The notes beneath the pieces are model-generated. The model saw only the letters and a list, made by a program, of their open reading frames with translations, searched no databases and was not told the DNA's origin. Below are positions 11,296-26,300 of a stretch of DNA of 64,000 bases, in pieces (position 1 is the first letter of the stretch; each line of letters begins with the position of its first letter). Both the position numbers and the translations under genes were made by a program. The DNA comes from Lingula anatina (taxonomy: Eukaryota; Animalia; Brachiopoda): contig CM120649.1 of the NCBI GenBank assembly GCA_051362555.1, positions 13,082,001-13,146,000 of the forward strand, written 5' to 3'.

Positions 11296-12179
11296 CTGCA
11301 AATGAAGAACATGGTTAACATTGTCAAATGCTCTTGGGAAATCTATAAAGAAATAACAAAAATTGGCATGAATCAATAAGGGTTCCATCTGGAAGAAAAT
11401 GATGGTGAACAAATATACACATCATAAAATTTCAAAGTTGTAAAATAAAATACTATACAGAAATTTTAGAAGTCAAGGGGAAAAAACATGTAGTAATAAA
11501 AAATGAACATTTTGTACTTGCACTATAAAATTTTGAAAACTAAATGCCTCAACTTTTCAAAGCTACATTTACAAAAAGGGATACAGGTTGAGGAATATAT
11601 ATGAGCCAACAGAATACTGGGCTCACTCTACCAAAATAGAAAATATTCATCACAGGGAGATTCTTCAAAGTTTGTGCAACTTCTCTCACTTGGAAACTTT
11701 TTACACTACCCATCTATCAGGCAAGTTTCTTTTTTTTTCTTGATTTTTTTCCTAATAAGAATACAAATTTCCTTTGTAGTGTGGGGTGGGATTTCATTAA
11801 GGTAGAGCAAACCCAGACAAGTAATGCCCATACATATAAAAGAGTTAAATTAAGAAACATCAAGAATACAGCTTCATTTTGTAAAGCGTTATTTTTCGGC
11901 CCGTAAAATGCATCTTACTTCTCAAACATGACGTCTCCTGCTGGAGGTGAGCAGACTGGGACACCATTAAATCTCCATTTAATGTATGATAATTTGCTAC
12001 ATACTTTAAGCTTACGAGTCCCATTAAAGAACAGTCATTACAGCACAATACCACATCATTAATATTTCAAACATGTAAGACACTGAAGATTTCTCTATTT
12101 CAAGATCATGATGATGATCATAAGGATAATTATTATTTCCATTATTAATTTTATTACTATAAAATAAATAAAAAGATTA

Positions 12180-12431
<252 letters not shown>

Positions 12432-15400
12432 TCAGTGTACTGACATTTGTTGAAATAATGGCAATTATCAATAATGAAAAGCAAAGTGATTTATCTTTTA
12501 AAAAGTAAACACTGGATCACAAAATATGGCCAAGCATAACAAACAAGATGCAAGCAGGAAGTTCTGTGTTGTTTGCATGAATAATACAATAACCATAAAC
12601 AGTGTAATTAGAATATATGGCCACAAAAGCAATGAAATTTTCATATAAACTGTCCACACACATTTGCAGGTATTGGTAAAATAATTATGAAACAAGATAA
12701 CAAGACACACTGCATATTTCATACCAATTTTAATATATTGAAACAAAAACTTAAGCTAAGGAGCTTTCTGATCTTTTAACTCCCTTTGAGAGCACAACTG
12801 ATACTAATACACTGGGGCAGGCATTTAAATTTTAAGTAACTTAGCAGTACAGTATTTTGGCCCTTGACAAAAGAGTTTTAAAAATCTTGACAGGTAACTC
12901 CACAGATTCCATAAAAGCGATGTAAAAGATGGAAGTCAGAAAAGCTGCATTTCTTACAACTGTTACACATTTTCTCAATTAACCTTGTTAAGCTCTACAA
13001 AGACCTTGATTCAGATTTCAGGAGCTAATTTCATTTTGAGACAACATTAAGTACACAAAATTCCAAAACAACTACTACATTAAGCATCAGGATGTCTGCA
13101 AGCATATTAGTAAGGTGGTGTCTCCCCAATGTTAATATATAATTTGTAATGTTCAGGGCGATATGGTAATTACTCAATAAATCTGAACCAAAAAAAAAAA
13201 AAATAAAAAATAAAAATAATTGCATTTTTTAGTTTTGTTCAGATATAATTCCATATTTTTTTACAAAAATATTTTCTTAGAGTGACCTAAAAAATTTGAG
13301 AGTCTGAAAAGTGGTTTGAGTTAACATCAGAGAGTACAATTTTGAGAGACATGCAAATGAAAGCCTTTAAAAGTTTAAAACTCGGGATGAGTTGCGTGTG
13401 AAGAATTTGTCAGCAGTATAAGAGGAGAGCAGAGGATAAGGGAGGTACACCATTAAAACATTTTTGTTGTTGTGGGTGACAACCTTGTCACCGTGGGTGA
13501 CAACCTGTTGGTTGAAGAATTAACATTAAACGCCTAAATATAGCTCATTTTCATGTAAATTGACAAAAAGAAATACTGCAGGAGATTGGAGGTATATTTC
13601 ATAAATAAAAAATAACTGGAGCCTTTTCACTCTTGTGCAACATAACGGAATTTAGTATTATAAGACTTTCATAGAAGGGGAAGGAGGAGACTGATGGGGG
13701 GGGGGGGGGGGGCGTCCTTCCTTGAATTTTTTTTTTAAAAATACTTTTTTCACACAAAATCCATCCACTTCAAAAACTTTTTTACATTCAGTCAGTTCTA
13801 ACAAGAATTTAGTTCCAAATTCATGGCGTAGCCTTTTTGTTTACAATCAGTTCTGCCCACAGTCATCATAATGAGCAGTATTACAGAAATATCATAAAAC
13901 TGGGATTCCATTCAGCACCAGCTTCCTTTGATTAAAACAAATAAACTTTAAAGTTAAAACTGATCGAATGTGGTTCAAATTTAGAAACATTTGACAATAT
14001 CTTCATATCATGATGCCACAAACACAATTCACTGCCATTCACAACTTATTTCATTAAAACATCAATGAGTTTTCAAAGATCCTTGGCAAAAGCAAGTTTG
14101 CACCTGGTATAAAAAAAAACTACTTTTGCAGTTTAACAGAAAAATCAAACTTGAAATGGACAGGACATGGAAAACGTTCCCTTAGAGTTTAAGAACAACC
14201 CTACAGCAAGCTGGCAGGTGGAGGTCTAGCCTCTGATACATATGTAACACATGTAGTCCCCCCTTTGCGAAGGCCAGGAAAAGTTACATTTATTCATTAA
14301 TTCTCTGCTTTGGGCAACGGATTCCTCACAAATTCCTGCTTGTCATCTGGAGCTGACCTTCATGTCAACGACAAGAATATGTGTCGCTGCAGTGGCATTT
14401 GTCAAGTTTACTGACATTATGCCATACGACAACCTGAACAACATGGGAGGTAACAAAATGTTCCAACAAAAAGTCTTTTGGGAGAACTCTTGAAAGGTCT
14501 TTTTATTCATGTTTTCTATTCCTGCATGAACTGTTTGTCTAGGTTGAATCCACAAGGTCCCAAACACTGATAACAATATTCTTCAGTGACATACAATTGT
14601 TAAATCTTTTGTTAGTATTTCTATTTAGTTTTGAATTTAGCTCCATGTACTGTATTCTTAAAACTAATGGAACCCAATATGGTTGCAGCACAATCTTCAA
14701 CATGTGCATATCAGACTAGGTGGAATGTTATAGAGAACTGGCAGGCCCACAAAAAATATGTCCCTTAAAAACATCCGTGTCAAAAAAGAAACACTATATA
14801 TTTTTTCAACAAGTACTCATTAACCACCTCCTTAAGGCGCAAGTTAATTATTGACCAAGGACAATAGGTCAAGCATGGCCACAAGGTACCATAGTAACAG
14901 TGGAGTAAGGGACTGACAAGCACCATGTTAATTAATGTGCGATGTTTTTTACAGGTTTATAGTCAGACTGATGAATAGAGGTGTTTGTAGGTGGTACACA
15001 ACAACAACGAGGTTTGACTTTGATTGACGTTTCATTTGCTGAGTCATGGTGCCAACGAGAAAACAAATAAGTTTGACAAAAACTTTGTAGACTATAGATT
15101 TTCTTTCATTTGGAATTTAATTGCTTGTCAGTGACAACAAAAATATAGAATTAAAAGGAGAAAAATAAATATCTGTGATAGTCACAAAGCTTATTAAATA
15201 CCATCCAACAGACAGTTGCCTTGCAATTTCTTACATATCTTTGCTCCCACAATGCAAATGTAACTGAGATAAGTCGCCCAAAGTTAGACTGCCATCTTGT
15301 GGCCAAAAACTTCAATCAAATTACCCAATGGGATTGTACAAACTATGTAAAGCTATCACAATCTAAACAGAAACATGCCTATTGGGTACCATCTATTGGC

Positions 15401-15756
15401 CAATAACCCTCTTAATAATAGAGTAATCTGATTTTTAAGACAAAGGATTACTTCTAAACCAACCCACAAATTGCTCTTAATATATCTCCTTAGGGATATT
15501 TTCCTAACCACTAACAGGGTGTCTTTGGGGACAAGTTGTTGGTCACCAGTAGGTGTACCCTGTAGGAATTTGTTTACTACCCTTGGATTACGTCCATCCA
15601 CTGTTATCAGCCGTGTCATACCATGTCCTAGCGTCATACAGGGATATTTTGGGTGGACATTATGACTAAGTGAGTGACGCTGAGGGGACTGACGTACAAG
15701 TGTGATAATAATGATGGTCATTCGATTTCACTGTATAATCGTGTCAGTGAGTGCGC

Positions 15757-15759
<3 letters not shown>

Positions 15760-15803
<44 letters not shown>

Positions 15804-15820
15804 CGTGCATGTGCGTGTGA
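15760..15820. repeat. (TG)n microsatellite
   Basis: Read directly. Confidence 0.9.
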
Positions 15821-16006
15821 CAAAATATAAGAAAAGACTGCAGAATGGCCCTCATGCTTTCATGAAGGAAGTGACCATGGACAGGCAGATGTTCAGCCAC
15901 ACAGAGGTACAGACAGACACACAGGCAGATACAAGCAAACAAAGACACAAAACAAAAACATTTTGACCATGGTACGATCCAAGGTACCATCACCATGGTA
16001 CCTCAC

Positions 16007-16172
16007 CTTTTATGTCCCTGTGCAATTTTCTTTCCGAGTGTAAATATTCTAAACCCTTCAGTATCTCCCGTAGTATAATGGCTATGTACATTTCGTCAAA
16101 GGGCCCCACTTTCATTAGGTCTAGCGCTGAGCCCCCTCCCAGGAATTCCATGATAATCCATAATTTTGTTTC
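16007..16172 (-). CDS. STK24/STK25/STK26: Kinase exon, subdomains V-VIb ([19 protein letters not shown]...LHRDIK)
   Basis: Translated by hand; HRDIK catalytic loop; TTTTCCAG acceptor, G|GTGAGG phase-1 donor, 166 nt. Confidence 0.96.
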
Positions 16173-17253
16173 CTGGAAAAAAATTCAACAAAATCATGAA
16201 TGGAACACACCTCTAGGCTCATTATAGCACAGTACTTTTTCTTATAATGCCTTAAAACACTCTAGTTGATTCAGAATCTAATGTCAGTTTAACAATATAT
16301 ATAAAACAGGAATATTAACAACTGATAATTTTTCTTCAACTCAACACTGATTTAGTGAAAAAAAATCAATATATTGCCCTGTTCCTCTCTGAATTAAAAT
16401 AGCAATACACCAAAATATTGTTTGTTCATCATGTACAATTTTAATTATATATTTATCAGGCTGTAGTTTAGTGTTTAATATTGTGAGTTCATCCCTTGTT
16501 ATAGTTATATCCATATGTACATTTTCACCAGTACATGCTGGAGCATAAATTACAATTAATTCTTGTATTCTACATAAAATGAAGACAACATTTTATCTTC
16601 TATTTTTCCTCAATTAAATAAAGGTTATCAGGTGATCACTGGCTGCATACACCCAGTGGGAGCGGTTCACCACATCCTGAATGAGGCTAGGAAATATTTG
16701 CTTTTGTAACCACTACGTATAAATTCCTAACTCAATACATGTCACAGGTTGCTGACACTGTAACCATTATCAAGATCAAACTAGTCATATTTCATATGAT
16801 GTGACAGCTATTTAAGAATTAAACAAAATTTAAAAAATTCAATACTAAACAAGCACCTGCACACCAAGATTCTATCTGTTCTTTCTTATCAAAATGCACT
16901 TTACTGCTAAGGCCATCTTGATTACTTTACTTCCACTAAGATTATGGCATACATTACGTTCTAAAATTATGGAGCTACATTTAATATAATGTGTACAATT
17001 GGAGAGGGCTGCCATAAGCATTACAAAAATTTCAAACAGACCTTGTGAATTTTATTGCCTTTGCCAACTGTATCATACTATTTAAGTATAAATTAATGAT
17101 AATTATGAGAAAAACAAGATTCTTTCAATGAACTTATATCAGTTACATTTCCTCGTATACGTTTTGTCTGCATACAAAGCATATATGCAGCTTCTTTCCA
17201 TGTCTCAAAAGAAATTAAATGCCTTCACCTTCACTTGACCTTTAACTACTCAC

Positions 17254-17481
17254 CTTGAGATATGACCCGAAATATTTTGTCACATGTGGACTATCACACT
17301 GAGAGAGCACCATGATTTCTTGTTGTATATCCTCTATTTCGTCCTCTGCTTCTTCTAAGTCTATGATTTTTATTGCAACAATTTCATTGGTTCTTTTGTC
17401 AATGCCTTTGAACACTTCTCCGAATGATCCCTTTCCAATTTTTTCCAGTTTTGTGAATACCTCCTCAGGATCAATCTTGAT
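17254..17481 (-). CDS. STK24/STK25/STK26: Kinase exon, subdomains I-IV ([26 protein letters not shown]...[22 protein letters not shown]...YLK)
   Basis: GxGxxG loop, VAIK lysine and the GCKIII signature [17 protein letters not shown]; CAG acceptor, GTGAGT donor, 228 nt. Confidence 0.97.
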
Positions 17482-18145
17482 CTGTAATGACAGAAAGGGA
17501 AAACTTAGACACTGATGTGTTATTGTAACTGGTTCTGAAACCACATTTGTTAAAAATTTCATAATTATAAAAACTAATATAATCTAACTATAAAAAATAA
17601 ATATATCTTAGGTAAATCCTCATTTTTGCAAGAAGTCTTCCATGTTGCATGGACATCTAAATCTAATGAAATTTAATGAAAACTAGATCCTGGTGATTTT
17701 CAAAAGAGAGAGAGAGAGAGTTCACTGGAAGAAAACACCCCTACATGCACTTTTTTGTTTGTTATTTCAACAAAGGCACATGTGAGACAGGAAACCTGAA
17801 TGACTTGCTTCATTTTGTTTCCTACTCGTCAACCCAAACTAAGGTCACAGTCCAGGTAAATGTTTCTACAACTTTTCACCATGGTCCTTAACCTAAATTG
17901 CCTTCACACATTGTTATATATAGATTCCACTACAGAAACTCTGCGGTGCATCACAATGACAACTATCCTGTCATCTCGCACTTCACCCGATACTCTAAGT
18001 ATGTGAGACGAGTACAAAACGATGGCTTCCATATCCTAGAGAGAACTTTGGAATGACTGAAATTTTTGTTTTGAAAAGTCCCTTTTACTTCAGGAACTTT
18101 GTTGAAGTTAGGCCATACTCAACCACTTAACATGCATGGGCGCTT

Positions 18146-18147
<2 letters not shown>

Positions 18148-18196
<49 letters not shown>
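18148..18196. repeat. (CA)n microsatellite
   Basis: Read directly. Confidence 0.9.
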
Positions 18197-18198
<2 letters not shown>

Positions 18199-21100
18199 TG
18201 ATGTGAAGGATTATACACACTCAACTCTCCAGTACCATATATAATAGTATACAAAGAATGTTATTGTTAGTAACCCAATGAGCCTTGCCATGAGACAAAA
18301 AGTTTATTAGATGTCACCAACAGGTTAATTACAGGTGAGTCAAGCAATCAGACTCTCACACCAAACATGTATCCCAGGGGTGTAAAACTTAAAGCCCCCT
18401 TTACACTGGACAGCGTCCTTTCTGTGGCCTTAGTACAGCCCCGTTTGAGAGTAAAAAAATAATTGACGTACCAACAACTGGTCGATCAGTTAGTTTTCAT
18501 TCTGCAAACCAAAAGCGATGCTTGTGCCTCCTTTCTAAGACCACAGCGATGCCAGTTTTCATGGTCGCACAAAGGAAGCAGAAAGGATGCCATCCAGTGT
18601 AAAGGGGGTTTTATGGAAAAATGGAGGATTGCGTTGGAGGAGGGAGATTGGCAGACATAGCTCTGTGTCAGAGTTTTGCAAGGAGCAGATATAGCGGTAA
18701 GGATATATCAAATGTCTTACTTCACTAAATACAAAAGACTTCAACCCTTCATTATGAAAGGAATCTTTAAAATATTATTCTCACTCAAAAAAGTTTAAAA
18801 TCCAAGCTTTATGGAACCCATCATGGGAATTGCAAGCAGTCAGACAATCACCAGCCCAGCACAAATCCACCTCATACCTAATTAACTACAGTCTCTGAGC
18901 TGTTCCACAAAAATGATTGTAATTTTTGGCCTGTGTAAAGGCAGCTCCATTCTACACAATTTGTCTAGTATAAAATGTGTATTAATGTCCTGTAAGCCAT
19001 TTATCTGCCACTTCTGACTGGTTTTCACAAGACTGGGATCAGGTAAGCTTAAAATATGTTCCTAAATTACTAAACAAAATTAAATACTAAATTAAATAAC
19101 AAATCTTTAATACATTTTTAAAAAGTTGACAATTTATCAGGTTTGGCGTGAAATGCAATTTTTCTAAATATTTTCCACAACTTGGTCAATAGATTTTTTA
19201 AAATCTACTCAAGAAAGTCCACTTAAAATTCTTTTTTCAATGTTGCATGACAACAAATTGACATTAAATCAGCAAAAATTATCTTAGTGACCTTGACCTG
19301 AATACAAGAATCTTGGACCAGATGTTGGTCAAATTAAGTCTGTATTCCACCAGGTGGAAAAAACCAAGCAGCCATCTTGTCTGGCGACTGGCTAATTATT
19401 CCTAGCCACATGCACAACAACCAGTGATAATTGAGCCAATTACATATGATACAGTCACATAATGTCCCCTTTGATGGAATTATAAAATAGACATCACCAA
19501 CTTTGATGAAATCATTTAGGATGTCTCACAAATATTCTGATCTTGCTGATATTGCGAAGCCTGTGTCCTCATCACTGATAAAAACTGCACAAATTTACTC
19601 TGTCACATAATTAGCTTCAGATTTTTTTGTGATAGGAGACTCCTTCCTGTTGATTGAGCAATTACTGCTGTGTCATTGCATAAGAATCAGGTAAAAAAAT
19701 CTCTCGATTTCCTTTTTGTTTATCTTACCAAAACTGATAAACTTTCTATTGATATTTAAAACTTATTACTAAAATCCACCTTACAAATCAGCTATCCCCA
19801 TAAATCTATATTTAGAAAGTTATCTGCCTAATGCACACAATTTTTAGACAAACGCTGTTTGCAGAATTTGTCTAAAATCTTACAAGTTTGGCTTTCTGTT
19901 ATCATTTTTCTATACTAAAAAACAAACTGCTGTTATCATTTCAATAAGAATCAATGAAAAATACCAAAATTCTTTTAAAATATCATATTTAAGCCATATG
20001 TACATTTCTACATCTGTTTTGTTTGTGTCACTGGCCTTTTTTTCTTTAATTTGTGATTTTTCAGCATGTGTACCTCCTTCAACTTATCCTTGATAAACGA
20101 ACAAACAAACAGGCTTCCAAGGGTGGTTTTAATGAGGAACAGGTTTTATTACAAGGAAAAAAAATCTGTTACTAATAAAAGTGGCTCCATACATTCAGAC
20201 CCAAAAAACACTTATCCCCACTTGCCACACCGAAATCACACATCTCTTGATGAATTCTCACCATGGAATCCTGCAGTTATGCGCAATTTAGTCTAATTTG
20301 AAAAAATAATGAGATGCAAGGAAACAATTAAACCCAAACAGATCTCTGAAGTACTCAAATGCGACACATTTACACCATCTTAGTCTGGTTGACATTTAAT
20401 CCGTTTCACTAAATTGATTAGAAGAAATGTCAAGTTTATGTTTCTAGCTGAAGGTTTTGACATCCGAGAAGAAAGTTTAATAGGGTTGATAATGTCATAC
20501 GAGCATTAACAAACCGTCTCATAATGTCACAAAAAAAAAAGTATAATGATCTGCATAAGCACTGGTCATAGTATACCCTTTCTAGCTAACTCTGAGAATG
20601 TTTTTGGTCACGTTCAATTTTTTTTTTTTTTCACAGTGGGTTAACTGTTTTGTTTTTTATTTGTAGCTAACTTTGTCAACCACTGAACTCCAACACTACA
20701 GAGAGGTGAGGTGGTGGTGCTGGTGGTGGTGGTTAGGGTGAGGGGATGTTACGCAAACTGAAGTTTCAGCATTCACCTTCAGAAGCTAGTGAAAACAATT
20801 AAGAAGAAAACATACAAGGTACAGCCTGTCTGTACACCCTGTGCTACAGGGTAATTACTATGACAAGGTCACCACAGTATTTCCCACTCACAATGTGACT
20901 TGGCCTCTGATTGTAAGGGTACGTGATATGGGGGCCCGTGATATGCAGTATTGTGTTCATGTATTGTTAGCAGGCATGGAAAGCATTGAGGTTATTACAG
21001 AGTTTCAACTTTAAAAAGAAGGAAGGGGGGGGGGAGGGATTCCTTCTGAAAGGGGGGGAAAAACTCATGGTTACTTATTTTTAATGAGAGTATGTTATAT

Positions 21101-22336
21101 AGAAGCCTCAAAATCCTCACAGAAAAAACAAGACAGTGAATAAGATACTGACTTACACTTTTCGGTAGGAGAAAAGGAGAATATAAAAGATAAATGAAAC
21201 TTCATCACACAATGTACACTTCACTCTACTATATACTCTCTCTATGCTAAATATAACGTGATCTTGCTACTTCATTCTCTGCCCTTGGAGGGAATACCAG
21301 AATCATAATGACAAAGGAAAAAACTGAGAAAACACTATATGGGATTTAAGCATGAAAAATTTTAGAAGAACTAGTAAAGGGTGGTTCCAGTTTTCTCTAA
21401 AAAAGTGAATTAAAGAAACAAGGCAGGCCTATTAAAACAAATCAATACATCTCATTTTTTATTGCTAACTTTTTTTCTTTTTAACCTATCAATATCACTG
21501 CAGCAACTAAGTTATGTGCTGGAAATATTCAAGTTGGAGATCGTTCTCTAGTAAGCTCTCAAATCAGGTGAAACCCAAAAATACAGGTGTTATACGATAA
21601 AATATTGATCATACACAGCACACTTAACCACAGACATAATATAAATCAAAAAGATATACAGCTAGACAGACATATTAAACTCCCATCTGTGTTCCCTTCA
21701 ACAACAACACCTTGGATATTAAGAAACTCCCAAAGTTTGATTTATGTGTAGTGACCACCTGCTGGGTCCAATTACCTGAGCACTGACCCTAGACTGACCC
21801 AGAAATAGATGACCACTAGCCACAGTTCAGTGTTAACTAATAAGATATTAGTGAGAGACTTATTCAACAACTAAAGCCAATTTTTAAATCTGTTTATCCA
21901 CTGAATTGGCTCAGATATTGAATGTCTCTGGTACCTAAAACTTTTTTTGCAATCTAAGTTGTACATTTCTCTTGAGTGACCACAGGTGCGTGCAGACTGG
22001 CCAAAATAATGACTGCCACTGGACACCACAATGGACACACGGGACAATGGACACAGTGGCTATAATACCCCACAATAGAACTCAATACCTGAGGTATGTC
22101 TCAAGTTCCACTTGCTGGCAATACTATTCATATCTGATTACTTCCACAAACCAAGGAAACCGGGTGAACATCAAGACAGCTATCAACAATAACAGGGTTT
22201 ATGTTACATACAGCTGATATGCCAAATCCAAAATAAATTCCTAATTTGTTCAGCCTAAAGCATGCAAAATGCCACAAAATTGTAGATAAAATAAAAATTT
22301 TGAGTTAACACACAACTCTACAAAAAATAATTTTAC

Positions 22337-22630
22337 CTTTTTAGGCACCTGTTGTTTTTTCTGTGGCGGTTGCTGTAAAGTATACATTTGTTGACTGGAC
22401 AAGAATCTCGGCCCTCCAAATCTAGGAGGGGCCCCGTTCATTCTCGGTGAGGGCCCCGGGAGACCCCTGGCGGGGGGTGGCCCAGTCCCTCTGGGTGAGG
22501 GTCCTAGCCCCCTCCCTGGGGGTTCCCCTCCCACCCTGGGGGCGGGCCCTGGTGCCCCACCCTTAGGATTTCCACCTGTCCCCTGGTATACCATATAGGG
22601 GTTGTGATGATATCCATTTAACTGGATCAT
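22337..22630 (-). CDS. STK24/STK25/STK26: Alternative first coding exon of the kinase, Gly/Pro/Arg-rich 98 aa (MIQLNGYHHNPY...QQVPKK)
   Basis: Inside ORF 22250..22783; very GC-rich coding-like segment ending AAG|GTAAAA in phase 0; CRE and YY1-like motifs ~400 bp upstream. Confidence 0.65.
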
Positions 22631-23019
22631 ACTGGATCTCTCTCCTATAATATTATCATGAAATGAAAGATTCTCTCTAATATTTAATTCCCCTTCTGTA
22701 TAGAATCCTGGTAAATTGGTACTGGTAGTTTCCTTGATGGATGGTGTATTCCAGTGGATTCGAAAATGTGTATCCCCAATCAACCTCTATATAAAATGGC
22801 ACCTACAAACAACTTATATGTTATAAGGCACTTGAGATATTAAATCCAAATGATCAACAATACAGTATAGCTCTCTCAGGTTGTTGTATACGGATGGCAT
22901 CCAACATACAAAGCTGTACATAACATATAAGTGATCTATGCCTTCCACACAAATCAACTGCTGTGCCTTTTTTAAAACTCCTGTCTGCGGTGTTCCTACG
23001 TTGTGGCTGCTGGCACTAT

Positions 23020-23300
23020 CTAACTGACGTCAAACCATGGCCGCCATGTGTATTTTCCACTTTCCACCTCTAACAGATGTTCCGTCCAAAAGACGACGTA
23101 CTCTCTTCCAGTCTTCCTCTACCAACTGGTCACAAGTGGTATGTATTATTCCGTATGGCCGTCACACACACACTGACACACATATTCTCTGGTCTCCTCA
23201 TGAATATTTACGACCCATTCACTGCTTAACTATTCATCTGCCTGTGAAACCAACCTGGACACGTCACACGCTATCCATGGCCCGGGAAGTGACCCATTTA
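23020..23300 (-). promoter_or_regulatory. Candidate internal promoter for the Gly/Pro-rich first exon
   Basis: CRE palindrome TGACGTCA at 23025-23032, YY1-like GCCGCCAT at 23040-23047, ETS-like GGAAGTGA at ~23285; raised CpG. Confidence 0.35.
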
Positions 23301-26300
23301 CTTTGTGGCCAGGAGCGAGGATAGCTATGAGCATCAGTGACTCCTTTCATAAGGTAGAAAGATACCATCAGAGATAGGAACATGTAACACAGTACAAGGC
23401 TCCCCTGTATATGCTGTGTTAATACTACCACAGGTAAATAACCACTGTGCAAATGGAGAGTCGTGTGCACCAAAGCTATGATTGTCCCCCTGACTATGCA
23501 CAGTCAGGCGAGAGACTTAATGACTAAACGAGGTGATGTGACTCAATGGACGAAAAATCAATAGCCATGATTGGGGTGACACCACGCCCCTTCCCAGGGC
23601 ACACACAAACACACAGGATTTATTTGTAATCTTACTCCATACAATAATTTGCTTCAATGGAAGTATGCAGTTTAATGTCACCTCAGTGAGACAGATAAAG
23701 GACAGTGTGGCTTTCTTCATGGGGGAATTCTAAGAAGAGGTTTTCTTTTTTGTAATGGAATTATATACAAAGCTCACTGATGACACACTTGGTTTATATC
23801 CTCATATACTTGTAAATATAATGTGTCATTGATTTTTTTAAAAAATTCAGCCTCCCAAAAATTCTACATTTTGAACATTTTTTTTTAATGAAGCTCTTAT
23901 TGAGCATGTTTAACAACAAAAAGAATTGGCTCATATTCAAGATCAAAAAGCCATGTACATAGATAGTTGTTTAATTCCAGCAGACCACTACAAATGTATG
24001 TATACCTCAAGGCAGACGTCAACTTGTCTGTCTTCCAGTTAAAACACCAATTTTCTACTTCAGTTTCTTTGTGAAACATTGTCCAGACAAGAAACCCCAA
24101 CTGTTTCCACAAAACAGAAAGTAATTATAGCTTCTGGAACTATTTACCTGTCAAGTTTTGTAGGTATTTATATCTAAGTGTGACAAAATCACTCTGTTTG
24201 GGCAACAGCAATCAACAGTAATTAAAAGTCACAACCACACACAAACACACAATGGACCGTTGTAGCAGAACAAAGTTGTTACTCAGTTAAGGAGAATTCT
24301 AATTCTAATTTGCCCTAATGAATGCCAAGATTAGCAGGTAAATGAGTATGTCCTCGCTCACCTGTATTCATACCTGAACAGGTGATGTTAGATCAAAGCG
24401 GCCCTAGGTCTTATGTAACCAAGCAGGGGATTAAAACAAAATCTCAATCTCTCGTTAATCTTGATAACTGGCAGGGGGGGGAAGCTCGACTTTTATTTTT
24501 CTTCCTCCTAAAGCTGAAACCCCCAGCTTATTTGTTATTCCACAAAATATCGATTTTTTTTTTCTTGACATTACAGCAAACTCGAAAAAAATACTTCCTT
24601 TCATTTTTAAAGCTCATTAATATCAAGACAGAGAACCCCAGCTGTCAGAGAAGATTTAAACAATCCCTCATTAGTCTGAAACCTTGATAAATGAACTTAA
24701 TATCTAAATCATGTATAAAACAGATTTCAGGATCATTCTTAAGACAGGTACTCTTTGCTAGACTGGAGTTTAATGACCTTCACAAATTAGGTGTTTTGGG
24801 TTCAGTAAGGCTGTTCATGCCTTGCCATAATTACCTAATTATGTACTACAGCCATAATACTTTGCTAAAAGGAAAAAACCTGAAACAAAATGTGGCCTGG
24901 TGGTCTTCTAATGAACTATTTTCATGACATTTTCAAGCCCAAGGAATAAGTTAACAGAAGTAAAATAAATTTTTATTACATTAAATAATTGATGAGACAG
25001 TTGCGTGACAGGTGGCAATTCTACACCAATATTGCATGCATTTATGGATACAAAAGTAACTAAATATGGCTTGTTTGTATCAGAGAGCAAATCAGCAAAA
25101 TGCGAGTGTAATACAAAATATGGCCTGTTGACTGTCAAAGGTGAAGGGGGGGGGGGGGGGGGGGGGGCTTGGAACCCATAATCTGAATATTTCAAACTCT
25201 CAACTCTTAAACTAAGATGTTTATTTTTTTTCACAATATCCATCTATATTCACCAATACAAAAAAGGACAAAAGAGAGAAATAAAGTAACATCCTTTTTT
25301 TAAACAAATCCATCTTGCTTTTTCACCTGTCTTTCAAAAAATCCCTTCCAGGTAAATTACTGACAAACCACTATACTGAATATCAATCATATTTGTTCAA
25401 ATTTAGTGATTAATAGAGCTGTAAATACATCAGAATTAAATGCCACATTCCTGCTGAGACTTAACCCTTCGACACACCCCAATCTCCAAACAGGCAACAA
25501 CACACACCCCTTAACCAGTAGAGTCATGTCAGGTATGCATTGGATAGAGAGGTCACCTGTAACCCAAGTCCACTGCTTTCAACCTCCGGACAGAGACACA
25601 CAGGAAATAAAGACGCAAGTGACAGACAAAATACACAGGAAAAAGAAGCTGGGATATTTTAAGGTCCTAGTGTAAATGGAAGCTTATTAGACCTGGCAGT
25701 TCCTGATAACCATAGGGTCTTTATTTACTGGTATCGGGTATCTTGCCAATAAAACTTGCAATGACTCCCCATTTTCATGAATGGTCTGGAGGAGATTATT
25801 TTGCAGGTTATTTTCTGTCCACCCCCTCCCCCCATTATTCACTTGATGTAAACAATGTTGTTTCAGTCAATGCCAAACACTTTTAAAGCTACTAGCCCTT
25901 TGTGCAGTCTGGATATAAAAGTGGGCTTATGTTAAATTAAATTGGAACTTCTTTTCTATAGGTGGGAAATTGCCTTGGACTAGTCCCTAATGGACTGTTT
26001 ATTTCAACTGTGTTTCAAATGAATAAACTTTTCTTTTATACAACAAAAAAGAAAATCTAGCATTTCACTTGTTATAGTACTTTGACCCAAGTTTTCATAT
26101 ATTCACAACCACATAGACTTTTTTTAAAGCCTTGCTAAAATCACTAATCAACAATATCTCTAATGAATTCAACTCAGATGAACTAGGGTAACATAACTTC
26201 ATCAAGCCACAAAGGTCCTTGGGTGGGTTGGCCCATATTTTTCAATTCACTGAACAGGGACAACATGCACTTCCCTATAACCAACCAGCACCCTGAGTCA

